NCBI GenBank assembly: GCA_044238605.1
Contig: JBIICY010000004.1
Coordinates: forward strand, 96,317 to 160,316
Origin: Patescibacteria group bacterium
GTDB lineage: Bacteria > Bacteroidota > Ignavibacteria > Kapaibacteriales > Kapaibacteriaceae
Length of the DNA stretch: 64,000 nucleotides
Reading direction: 5' to 3'
Made by a program: the position numbers and the translations under genes
Notes under the pieces: generated by a model
What the model was told of the DNA's origin: nothing
Database searches by the model: none
What the model saw: the letters and a program-made list of their open reading frames with translations, nothing else
In this document: positions 29,426-37,865 of the stretch, in pieces
Layout: the number at the start of each line of letters is the position of its first letter
Numbering within the stretch: the first letter of the stretch is position 1

Positions 29426-29445
29426 CATGTGCGGCACAGCACATG
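29426..29445. other. Hairpin in the 50-bp divergent spacer between the transposase and the helicase
   Basis: CATGTGC-ggcaca-GCACATG, 8 nt upstream of the transposase ATG. It could be a left-end hairpin, an operator or a 5'-UTR structure. Confidence 0.4.
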
Positions 29446-29468
29446 AAATGTGACACGTAAATTGCCGC

Positions 29469-31556
29469 ATGAAGAAGATCGTGCTTCGGCCGGCGAGTGT
29501 TGCCCCAAGTGGCAAGGCATATCGCATTGATTATGCCGCTGTGCTCAATGCGCAACAGTATCAGGCGGTGATGCATGATAAGGGGCCTGCATTGGTCCTC
29601 GCTGGCGCAGGCACAGGAAAGACGCGTACGCTTACGTACCGCGTTGCAAGGCTCGTAGAAGACGGTGTAGATCCATCTTCGATTCTCCTGCTGACATTCA
29701 CACGAAAAGCAGCAACAGAAATGCTCAGACGTGCTTCGCAGCTTCTCGACGGACGCTGTGAGAAAGTAGCTGGGGGGACGTTTCACGCTTTTGCATTTCG
29801 AGTGTTAAAAGCATATGGAGCAGCGAGTAGCGAGCAGCGAACAGCGAGTAGCGAACAGCGAACAGCGAGTAGCGAACAGCGAACAGCGAGCAGCGAGCAG
29901 CGAACAGCGAGTGGCGAACAGCAGACGGTGTATTCGATTATTGATCAGTCGGATGCAGAGGACATCATGAATCTTGTGCGAAGCAAGTTTGATCTTGCTG
30001 CACGCAGAAAGAGATTCCCGAACAAGGGAACACTGCACGACATGTACAGCAAGTCTGTGAATATGTCCAAGCCCCTTGACCAACTCATTGCCGAGCAATA
30101 CCCGCAGTTTGTGGATGATACCGAGACGATACGTCAGATGATTCTCGGGTATACCGATTACAAGCATCGGAACGGACTGTTTGACTACGATGATCTGCTG
30201 CTCTATCTGCTTGCGATGACCCGTCACGAGATAATTGGTCCTGCACTGCGGAATCAGTTCCGTCATGTTATGGTAGATGAGTACCAGGATACCAACAATC
30301 TGCAGCATCAGATCGTACTCGGGCTTGCCGGCACGTCGGGCAACGTAATGGTCGTAGGTGATGATGCACAGAGCATCTACTCGTTTCGGGGTGCCAACGT
30401 TCGCAACATTCACAGCGTGCCCGAGTCCTTCGACACCTGCACGATCATCCGTCTTGAAGAGAACTATCGCAGCACGCAGCCAATCCTGGATCTCTGCAAT
30501 GCAGTGCTGGAAGACGCTCCCTTTATGTTCGAGAAAAAGCTGATTGCTCATCGTGAAGGGGGCGAGCATCCCATGCTCATCACCGCACGCAGTGAACGTC
30601 AGCAATCACAATTCATTGCTCAGCATGTTCTCCAACTGCGAGAAGATGGTATTGCACTCTCCGATATCGCAGTGCTTGTACGTAGTGGATTCTTGTCGTT
30701 TGATCTTGAGATCGAACTCCAGCGGGCCAATATTCCGTTTCGGAAGTTTGGTGGACTCAAGTTTGCAGAAGCTGCTCATGTAAAGGATCTGCTTGCGCGT
30801 CTGCGCATCACAGAGAACGTCCGCGATGTTGTCTCATGGTTCCGTGTTCTCCAACAGCTCGAAGGCATTGGACAAAAGACTGCGCAGAGCATCCTTGATA
30901 ATCTGCTTGCGCATCCAGATCCGCTCTCTGAGCCAGAACGCACGTATGGAAGCACAGGCAAGGCGGCAAACTCACTGGCGAATCTTCTTCATGAGCTTGC
31001 CAAGGCCCGGCAGGTGCGTCATCCACTGGAACGTTTGCGGTATATCGCTGAGCAGTATCGTTCAACGCTTGAACGATTGCATGATGATGCACCTAAGCGC
31101 TGGAAGGACATCGAGACGATCATTGGAATTGGTGGACGCTACGGCACATGTCAGGAATTTCTTGATGATATAGCCCTTGAGCCCCCTACAGACGGACTCG
31201 ACACGATCGACCCCGATGATGGCGAAACAGAGTTTATGACCATCTCAACTATTCACTCGGCCAAGGGGCTTGAGTGGAAGGTGGTCTTTGTGCTCTCTGT
31301 TAACGAAGGGCGCATTCCATCTGCCAAGAGTGCTGAGTCTGAAGAATCTATCGAAGAAGAACGCCGCTTGTTGTACGTAGCGTGTACTCGCGCAAAAGAC
31401 ATGCTGTTGCTTACGTATCCCGATGTGATGGCTGAGTGGCAGCATTCGGATGTTCTCTCACGTCCGAGTCGCTTTCTCGACAACGTTACTCCCGAACAAT
31501 GTCCACGGTATTTTCTTGCCGAAGAACAACAAGATCAGCAGGAGCTCCTATCATGA
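29469..31556 (+). CDS. UvrD/Rep/PcrA-family (SF1A) ATP-dependent DNA helicase carrying an in-frame 35-aa tandem-repeat insertion
   Basis: All helicase motifs were read by eye: Q (LNAQQYQAV), I (AGAGTGKT), Ia (TFTRKAATEM), II (VDEYQDTN), III (VGDDAQSIYSFRGA), IV (EENYRS), V (TIHSAKGLEW) and VI (LLYVACTRAK). Confidence 0.88.
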   Translation: MKKIVLRPASVAPSGKAYRIDYAAVLNAQQYQAVMHDKGPALVLAGAGTGKTRTLTYRVARLVEDGVDPSSILLLTFTRKAATEMLRRASQLLDGRCEKVAGGTFHAFAFRVLKAYGAASSEQRTASSEQRTASSEQRTASSEQRTASGEQQTVYSIIDQSDAEDIMNLVRSKFDLAARRKRFPNKGTLHDMYSKSVNMSKPLDQLIAEQYPQFVDDTETIRQMILGYTDYKHRNGLFDYDDLLLYLLAMTRHEIIGPALRNQFRHVMVDEYQDTNNLQHQIVLGLAGTSGNVMVVGDDAQSIYSFRGANVRNIHSVPESFDTCTIIRLEENYRSTQPILDLCNAVLEDAPFMFEKKLIAHREGGEHPMLITARSERQQSQFIAQHVLQLREDGIALSDIAVLVRSGFLSFDLEIELQRANIPFRKFGGLKFAEAAHVKDLLARLRITENVRDVVSWFRVLQQLEGIGQKTAQSILDNLLAHPDPLSEPERTYGSTGKAANSLANLLHELAKARQVRHPLERLRYIAEQYRSTLERLHDDAPKRWKDIETIIGIGGRYGTCQEFLDDIALEPPTDGLDTIDPDDGETEFMTISTIHSAKGLEWKVVFVLSVNEGRIPSAKSAESEESIEEERRLLYVACTRAKDMLLLTYPDVMAEWQHSDVLSRPSRFLDNVTPEQCPRYFLAEEQQDQQELLS
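29823..29927 (+). repeat. Tandem repeat: 21 bp x5, which resolves into 15 heptamers GCGARYA; encodes (ASSEQRT)x4 plus ASGEQQT
   Basis: The units are GCGAGTAGCGAGCAGCGAACA, GCGAGTAGCGAACAGCGAACA (x2), GCGAGCAGCGAGCAGCGAACA and GCGAGTGGCGAACAGCAGACG. They are in frame with the helicase (29823-29469 = 354). Confidence 0.95.
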
Positions 31557-32074
31557 ACAAGGCCTTGTTTCTCGACCGTGATGGTGTGATCAACACGCGG
31601 CTGGTAGGGCAGTATGTCCGCACGCCTGGCGAATTCGAGTTAATTCTTGACGTCGTGACGATTCTCAAGCTTGCAAAGAAGCGTGGCTACCAGCTTGTAC
31701 TAATCACGAACCAGCAGGGCATTGGTAAGGGGCTGATGACCACACGTGACCTTGGTCTTGTGCACGACCACATGCAACAGAGTCTGCAGTCGGCAGGTGC
31801 ACCAGCGATCGATGCAATCTACTGGTGTTCTGATCTTGATGGATCAGGTAGCACGCACCGCAAACCAGCACCCGGTATGCTGCTTGATGCTATGCGAGAT
31901 CACGACATCGAGGCCTCGGCATCATGGTTCGTGGGAGATTCCCGCAGCGATGCTCAGGCAGGTCGCGCAGCAGGTGTAAAGACCCTGCTGTTGGGCGAGT
32001 ATGGCACCGAGGAAGCAGACATCATTGCGCCCACACATAGTGATGCTCTCCGAGAACTTGAAGCAGTTCTATGA
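31553..32074 (+). CDS. gmhB: HAD-IIIA phosphatase, D-glycero-D-manno-heptose-1,7-bisphosphate phosphatase GmhB-like
   Basis: Contains FLDRDGVIN, ITNQQGIGKG, RKPAPGML and VGDSRSDAQAG. ATG 31553 forms an ATGA overlap with the helicase stop, and the track start 31436 is an over-extension. Confidence 0.75.
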   Translation: MNKALFLDRDGVINTRLVGQYVRTPGEFELILDVVTILKLAKKRGYQLVLITNQQGIGKGLMTTRDLGLVHDHMQQSLQSAGAPAIDAIYWCSDLDGSGSTHRKPAPGMLLDAMRDHDIEASASWFVGDSRSDAQAGRAAGVKTLLLGEYGTEEADIIAPTHSDALRELEAVL

Positions 32075-32343
32075 AGCGAGCAGGTGTTCGATACGCTGCT
32101 GGTGTTACCGTGGTAGTGCTTTTCCAATTGGCTCCGCTGGCCATACCATTTGTATGGGCAACAGCGTGGAGCGCGTCAGTCAAGGGCATAGTCTCTGCTC
32201 TGCTCGCTCTGGGTATTCCAGAGCTCGGAATCGTTATAGCAGCTATGCTCATCGGACGCAAGGAAGTTCGCCGTATCTGGCGGATTGTTAAGGTAATTGC
32301 TAAACGCTGTTACAAATACGCTTCCAGCTCGCTCTCGCTTTGA
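32071..32343 (+). CDS. Small hypothetical membrane protein (90 aa, two predicted TM helices)
   Basis: ATGA overlap with the gmhB stop. It has two hydrophobic helices. The 3' end overlaps the convergent ftsK 3' end by 34 nt. Confidence 0.4.
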   Translation: MKRAGVRYAAGVTVVVLFQLAPLAIPFVWATAWSASVKGIVSALLALGIPELGIVIAAMLIGRKEVRRIWRIVKVIAKRCYKYASSSLSL

Positions 32344-35165
32344 AGCAGGACGGGACGTCCGCGCGAACCATCTGGTGGGCCAACAATACCGGCCATTTCG
32401 AGCTCATCAACGATGCGAGCTGCACGCGCATATCCAACCTTTAGCCTGCGTTGCAGCGTTGATGTGCTTGCCTGCTGCAGCTGCACAAAGATCCGCGCTG
32501 CTTCTTCGAACAACGCATCGCGGTCGCTGCTGCCTCCGCCGCCGGCACCAGCACGCTTGTTGATCGACGGAAGCATGTACGGCGTCGAATAGCCCTTTTG
32601 TCCGCCGATCCATTCGCACAAAGCTTCGACCTCCTCGGTGGAGATAAATGCATTCTGCATACGAATCGGTAGCGGTGTATTACCCGGCGCAAAGAGCATG
32701 TCGCCGTTACCAATCAGGTGCTCAGCACCGGTTCCGTCGAGGATGGTGCGAGAGTCGATTCGCGATGATACCTGATAGGCAATGCGGGCAGGGAAGTTGG
32801 CCTTGATAAGCCCCGTAACAACGTCCACACTTGGACGCTGCGTTGCAACGATACAGTGAATGCCAACGGCGCGGGCAAGCTGAGCAAGACGGCAGATTGG
32901 TTCTTCAACTTCCTTCGAAGCCGTCATCATAAGGTCTGCAAGTTCGTCGATGATCACCACGATGAACGGCATCGGGCGATGCATAAAGCCGCCTTTATCC
33001 TTGATCTTGCCCTCATTCACCTTCTGGTTGTAGTCCGTGATGTTGCGCTGTCCGGCAGCGGCCAAGATGCTGAAACGCTGCTGCATCTCTTCAACAAGTG
33101 CCTTGAGAACCACTACAGCGTTCTGTGGCGACGTCACGATTGATTCGTTGATATCCGGCGATATCGCCAGGTAATGATCCCTTAGCGAAGCGTAGAGATT
33201 CATCTCCACGCGCTTCGGGTCTACGATCACAAACTTGAGATCCTTTGGATGGATGCGGTAGAGCAGCGACGCAATGATCGTGTTGATGCCAACCGACTTT
33301 CCTTTGCCCGTGGCACCGGCGATCAGAAGGTGGGGCATCTTCGTCAGGTCTGCGCAGAACACCTCTCCTACAACTGTCTTGCCCATGGCAAGGGGCAGGC
33401 GGATGGCCGGATCATGATACTTCGGACTCTTGATGATCGAGCTAAAGCGCACAATAGACGGATGTTGATTCGGGATCTCAATGCCAACGGTGCCCTTGCC
33501 GGGGATAGGTGCAATGATGCGCACACCCTGCGCTTTGAGCGCAAGGGCGATGTCGTCTGATAGGTTCTCGATCTGCGACACCTTGATCCCAGATGCCGGA
33601 ACGAACTCATACTGCGTCACCACTGGGCCAGGTGTTACCGTGAGATTTTCGATGCGTACCTTAAACGTCTCGAGTTTCTCCTGAAGTGTCAGCGCTTTGG
33701 CCTGAAGTTCTGCATCGTCAACAGCGCCCTCGTCCTTTACCTCTATCAGCAGTTTCGATGGAGGGGGCTTGTAGGCGATTTCCTCGTCATACATCGTAAC
33801 GTTCGAGAGCTTGATCTCTGGCTCAACAGGGAAGAGCGTATCCTGTACAGTTACCGTAAGTGGACGCTGCACAGACACTGGAGCACGCGCAGGTACGCTG
33901 CGTGGCTGCTCTTGCTCAACCTCTTCATCTGCTTCTTCGTCGAACTCTTCTTCAGCCTCTGCTTCTTCAAACTCGTCTTCAAGTTCCTCTTCCAGCTCTT
34001 CTTCCTCTTCTTCAAGCTCTTCGTCGTTACGGTCCAGAGCGATGCCTTTCTGAGGATGCAATTGCTGCAGACGACGCTTTACTTCGTGCAGATCAACAGA
34101 GGTTGACGGCGAATCATCTTCTTCCTCTTCCGGCTCGGGGGCCGGTGAAACAGGCTGCGTTATCGGGCTCGGACGAAGGATGCGAACAGAAGAAGAGAGT
34201 TGTCCGGCAAAGGGCGACTCTTCCTGGGGTTCCTGAGATGCTCGTCGTAGTCGCACGGCAGGCTCGTCATCAAGCTCTGTCGGACGAATGATCGACCGTT
34301 TCTTGCCACCAAAAATCCGAGGAGCCGGAGCAGCCGGCGGTTCCACAGGGACTTCATCTTCCTCTTCCGCTTCTTCTTCAGCGTCGAGTTCTTCGTCTTC
34401 TGCCTCCTCCACGCCCCTTGGCGCTGAGCGACGTGGGAGCGAGATACCAGACGTGAGGTTGGCTAGCGCATCTTTGATGGGCTGCAGAGAGCTTTGGGCG
34501 GATCGAAGATCTATCTCAAATCCTAAAACAATCACTGCGGCCGAAACCAAAAACCAGACGAGTGCGCTGCCAAATTTTCCGATCAGCTGCGTTACAACAC
34601 CGGCCAGGAACTGACCAATAAATCCGCATGCTTCGGGCGGTATAAATGAAAGGGGCTCGATTAGCTGCAGTGTTGCAACAAATGCAGCAACGGATACCGC
34701 AGCAATTGTTGCAATGATAGAGTACCTAGTAACCCGAGGTGTTAATCGTTGGAAGCGATAGACGTCCCACGCCCACACAATCAGAAGGACAGGGAACAAT
34801 AGAGACCATACTCCAACCGTGCTGAGCAGCAGCCAATGGGCTACCACAGCTCCAAGAAGGCCTATCCAGTTGTGGGTTTGATCGAACTGCTGCCGAATCT
34901 CATCGTCTCCGCGAACAACTCCCATCAGCTCCCGCATAGTAAGCTGGGCATTGGCTGCATCGGCCCGTGCATAGGAAATGATCGACACCACCATTAACAA
35001 ACCAAGCAGGGCCATCAGGACAGCGAAGATCTTGGTACGACGTAGCCGTTCCACCTCACTACCGAGAGTTAACTGTTGCGGACGCGACGCGTCGTCGGCT
35101 TCCTGCGGAATGTCCGACCCTGTTGATCGTCTGCGTAACGGGATATGTTCTGGGCGTTGTGCCAT
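32310..35165 (-). CDS. ftsK: DNA translocase FtsK/SpoIIIE
   Basis: N-terminal TM helices, Walker A (GATGKGKS), Walker B (VVIIDELADL), and a C-terminal winged-helix gamma domain (STSTLQRRLKVGYARAARIVDELE). The linker is unusually acidic. Confidence 0.92.
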   Translation of the reverse strand: MAQRPEHIPLRRRSTGSDIPQEADDASRPQQLTLGSEVERLRRTKIFAVLMALLGLLMVVSIISYARADAANAQLTMRELMGVVRGDDEIRQQFDQTHNWIGLLGAVVAHWLLLSTVGVWSLLFPVLLIVWAWDVYRFQRLTPRVTRYSIIATIAAVSVAAFVATLQLIEPLSFIPPEACGFIGQFLAGVVTQLIGKFGSALVWFLVSAAVIVLGFEIDLRSAQSSLQPIKDALANLTSGISLPRRSAPRGVEEAEDEELDAEEEAEEEDEVPVEPPAAPAPRIFGGKKRSIIRPTELDDEPAVRLRRASQEPQEESPFAGQLSSSVRILRPSPITQPVSPAPEPEEEEDDSPSTSVDLHEVKRRLQQLHPQKGIALDRNDEELEEEEEELEEELEDEFEEAEAEEEFDEEADEEVEQEQPRSVPARAPVSVQRPLTVTVQDTLFPVEPEIKLSNVTMYDEEIAYKPPPSKLLIEVKDEGAVDDAELQAKALTLQEKLETFKVRIENLTVTPGPVVTQYEFVPASGIKVSQIENLSDDIALALKAQGVRIIAPIPGKGTVGIEIPNQHPSIVRFSSIIKSPKYHDPAIRLPLAMGKTVVGEVFCADLTKMPHLLIAGATGKGKSVGINTIIASLLYRIHPKDLKFVIVDPKRVEMNLYASLRDHYLAISPDINESIVTSPQNAVVVLKALVEEMQQRFSILAAAGQRNITDYNQKVNEGKIKDKGGFMHRPMPFIVVIIDELADLMMTASKEVEEPICRLAQLARAVGIHCIVATQRPSVDVVTGLIKANFPARIAYQVSSRIDSRTILDGTGAEHLIGNGDMLFAPGNTPLPIRMQNAFISTEEVEALCEWIGGQKGYSTPYMLPSINKRAGAGGGGSSDRDALFEEAARIFVQLQQASTSTLQRRLKVGYARAARIVDELEMAGIVGPPDGSRGRPVLLQSESELEAYL

Positions 35166-35210
35166 TCACTCAATGCTGCACGGGCAATTTAATGGTATTT
35201 TGCCGCATAT

Positions 35211-35990
35211 ATGCATACCGAATCTAAAAGACCCATCGTCATCGCCGGGCCGTGTCTGGTAGAATCGCGCGATGTTATCATGCGTGTAGCAGAAACACTT
35301 GCCACCGTCACAAAAGACATTCCAGTTTCGTTGTACCTCAAGGGTTCCTACCGGAAGGCAAACCGCACAAGTGCGGGGTCATTTCAAGGAATCGGGGATG
35401 CAACTGCACTGTCGTATCTCCGAGAAGCTGGGGCCATGATCAATGCTCCAACGCTCACGGATATTCATTCCGACGCCGAAGCTGCAATGGCCGCTGAATA
35501 CGTTGATGTGCTTCAGATCCCAGCGTTTCTCAGCAGGCAAACTTCGCTCTTGGAAGCTGCTGCTGCCACTGGACGCATTGTGAATATTAAAAAGGCGCAG
35601 TTCATGGCGCCAGACGATATGGCAAAGGCTGCTCAGAAAGTCACCGATGCCAACGGGGCAGCCGTGTGGCTCACGGAACGTGGAACCACATTTGGGTATC
35701 ATGATCTTGTGGTGGATTACCGTTCACTGGTGATCATGCGTCAGACCGGACATCCCGTGATTTTTGACGCAACGCATAGTGTGCAGCAACCATCCGTTGG
35801 TGCTCAATCTGGCGGAAAACGCGAGTTTATCCCGGCGCTTGCACGTGCTGCGGCAGCCGTGGGCATAGACGGCATCTTCTTTGAAACACATCCCGATCCA
35901 GCTAATGCAAAGAGTGATGCGGCAACGCAGCTGCCTCTTGATCAGGCTGGAGACTTTCTTTCATCCATTCTGGAATACTGGCACGGATGA
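35211..35990 (+). CDS. kdsA: 3-deoxy-8-phosphooctulonate synthase
   Basis: The KdsA pattern (AGPCLVES..., KGSYRKANRTS, IFDATHSVQ) and the size both fit. Confidence 0.88.
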   Translation: MHTESKRPIVIAGPCLVESRDVIMRVAETLATVTKDIPVSLYLKGSYRKANRTSAGSFQGIGDATALSYLREAGAMINAPTLTDIHSDAEAAMAAEYVDVLQIPAFLSRQTSLLEAAAATGRIVNIKKAQFMAPDDMAKAAQKVTDANGAAVWLTERGTTFGYHDLVVDYRSLVIMRQTGHPVIFDATHSVQQPSVGAQSGGKREFIPALARAAAAVGIDGIFFETHPDPANAKSDAATQLPLDQAGDFLSSILEYWHG

Positions 35991-36526
35991 GATTTCCTGC
36001 ATATGCAGTTATCGGTATCCTGTTGCTTGTGATGGGCTGCAGTGATCGTGCCGTTATTCAGCGCAGTGCTGATGACCCGTTCCTGCAGGCCCCGTCTCAT
36101 ACTGCTTACAATGTGAAGATCTTGTTCACGGACAGCAGCAGAACGAAGGCAGTGCTCTATGGACGTCAGGGGATCATCAATGAACGCACTGGCACCACCA
36201 CCATCGTGGGGTCGGTTGTGGTTGATTTCTACGACCGCACTGGTCGCGTCGTGGAGGCGCGGCTTACGGCTGATTCTGTCGTTGTAGATGATCGGACAAA
36301 GAACATGACTGCATACGGTGCGGTGCGTGTTGTGTCAGAGCAGCGAAGTGTAACACTCACGACAACCCAACTCGATTGGGTGCAAAGCACCTCGCGTGTG
36401 CGAACCGAGTTGCCTGTGCATATCGAGACCCAAACTGAATCGATCGACGGAACTGGATTCGAATCAAACCAAGATCTTACATCGTATAGGCTGTTTCAGG
36501 TGCGTGGAGTGCGTAGGAAGTCATGA
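35987..36526 (+). CDS. lptC: LptC-like LPS export periplasmic protein (lipoprotein-type signal)
   Basis: ATGA overlap with kdsA. It has a lipobox (LLVMGCS), and the beta-jellyroll-like repeat pattern and size fit LptC. The context is kdsA. Confidence 0.55.
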   Translation: MRFPAYAVIGILLLVMGCSDRAVIQRSADDPFLQAPSHTAYNVKILFTDSSRTKAVLYGRQGIINERTGTTTIVGSVVVDFYDRTGRVVEARLTADSVVVDDRTKNMTAYGAVRVVSEQRSVTLTTTQLDWVQSTSRVRTELPVHIETQTESIDGTGFESNQDLTSYRLFQVRGVRRKS

Positions 36527-37278
36527 AGAAATTTATTGTCGGCAACTGGAAAATGAACCTCACTCATGAGGCTGCGCGCGAGCTCGTTAGCGCACTTCAT
36601 GCAAACGGTGCCCACTCAACAGAACAGGTATCCGTGGTGATCTGTCCACCGTTTACAGTACTCTCTGCGCTGCAGGAGCTTACCGGACACTCCATCGCAC
36701 TCGGCGCTCAGAACTGTCATACTGCAGAGAAGGGGGCCTACACCGGCGAGATAAGTGCGCAGATGCTCACCGATGTTGGTTGTGCATATGTGATTGTTGG
36801 GCATAGCGAACGCAGGCGTGATCAGCACGAGGATGATGCTCTGATCGGACGCAAAGCGCATCGTGCGCTTGCATCGGATTTGCGTCCAATAATCTGTGTC
36901 GGCGAATCCCTCGAACAACGTCAGCAAGGCATCACGCACAGCGTGATCACGGCTCAGTTGAACGGCATCATCGATGCTGCTTCCGAGGAGGTAGTAGCAT
37001 CATCGATCATTGCTTACGAACCAGTCTGGGCCATCGGTACGGGGCTGGCCGCCACGTCAGAGCAGGCGCAGGAAGTGCACCGTGATATTCGCCAGCATCT
37101 TCAGTCGCGCGGAATATCGAGTACTGTTCCAATCCTCTACGGCGGCAGTGTAACATCGGCAAATGCCTCGTCGCTGTTCGATTGCCCTGATATCGATGGA
37201 GCTCTGGTAGGGGGCGCATCCCTCAACGCGGCTGATTTTGCTGCGATCGTTGCTACAGCACAAAAGGCATGGTCGTGA
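36523..37278 (+). CDS. tpiA: Triosephosphate isomerase
   Basis: Contains GNWKMN, VIVGHSERR and AYEPVWAIGTG. Confidence 0.95.
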   Translation: MKKFIVGNWKMNLTHEAARELVSALHANGAHSTEQVSVVICPPFTVLSALQELTGHSIALGAQNCHTAEKGAYTGEISAQMLTDVGCAYVIVGHSERRRDQHEDDALIGRKAHRALASDLRPIICVGESLEQRQQGITHSVITAQLNGIIDAASEEVVASSIIAYEPVWAIGTGLAATSEQAQEVHRDIRQHLQSRGISSTVPILYGGSVTSANASSLFDCPDIDGALVGGASLNAADFAAIVATAQKAWS

Positions 37279-37865
37279 AGTTTACGTACGCCAATATCGT
37301 AACGCTTAGTCGGTTCTTTATGGCACCGCTATTCCTGATCTATATGCTCTCGGGAACAGCTACTGGCACCATCACAGCTCTCGTAATCTTTGTCATTGCT
37401 GCATTAACAGACTGGCTGGATGGTTTTTTGGCGAGGAAGTACGGAGAGGTAACTGATCACGGCATTTTTCTCGATCCGCTTGCCGACAAGGTTCTCACAA
37501 CATCTGCCTTTGTAGCATTGTACATTCTTGACGTTATGTCGGCATGGATGCTGATCATCATTATAGCCCGTGATTTTGGAACCACGGCGATGAGATCTAT
37601 AGCCGATGATAAGGGCATGACGATGCAGACCAGCTACGTGGCAAAGGTGAAGACCTTCCTGCAGATGGTCGTGATCATTGTTGCTGTGCTTTGCATCGCA
37701 CTTCATCGATCAGATCCCGACGGACAGCTTGGTTCCTATGCACGATTCATGCTCATCTATCCGATCATTTCTTCAGGCCTGCTCCTTGTAACTCTGCTCT
37801 CAGTGTACAGCCTGATTCATTACATCATCGTCAACAGGAGACTCTTCAGTCGTGGCAGCTCATAA
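37269..37865 (+). CDS. pgsA: CDP-diacylglycerol--glycerol-3-phosphate 3-phosphatidyltransferase
   Basis: CDP-alcohol phosphotransferase motif D-x2-DG-x2-AR...G-x3-D-x3-D (DWLDGFLARK...GIFLDPLADK). Confidence 0.88.
   Translation: MVVKFTYANIVTLSRFFMAPLFLIYMLSGTATGTITALVIFVIAALTDWLDGFLARKYGEVTDHGIFLDPLADKVLTTSAFVALYILDVMSAWMLIIIIARDFGTTAMRSIADDKGMTMQTSYVAKVKTFLQMVVIIVAVLCIALHRSDPDGQLGSYARFMLIYPIISSGLLLVTLLSVYSLIHYIIVNRRLFSRGSS

Larger units (their letters stand above)
28776..29445 (-). mobile_element. IS200-sized (about 670 bp) element or domesticated RAYT locus: one Y1/HUH transposase gene bounded by hairpins
   Basis: A single tnpA-like gene lies between the 30-bp palindrome (28776-28805) and the hairpin CATGTGC-GGCACA-GCACATG (29426-29445). 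By eye it is more AT-rich than its neighbours. The boundaries are inferred, not proven. Confidence 0.4.

Noticed and set aside
29304-29786. A 160-aa - strand ORF spans the transposase 5' end, the spacer and the helicase 5' end.
   Set aside because: It overlaps two well-supported genes and crosses the divergent promoter region. It has no family resemblance.
28882-31556. I considered whether the HUH transposase and the adjacent SF1 helicase form a Helitron/IS91-like or rolling-circle Rep-helicase module.
   Set aside because: The genes are divergent, not fused or co-oriented. The helicase has all UvrD/PcrA housekeeping motifs and is translationally coupled to gmhB downstream. The adjacency is most simply an insertion of a small element next to a core gene.
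33811-34614. Several + strand ORFs with poly-Ser or Leu-rich products (33811..34053, 33860..34291, 33912..34106, 34288..34614).
   Set aside because: They are the antisense reading of the GAA/GAG-rich acidic linker of ftsK, so they are compositional artefacts.
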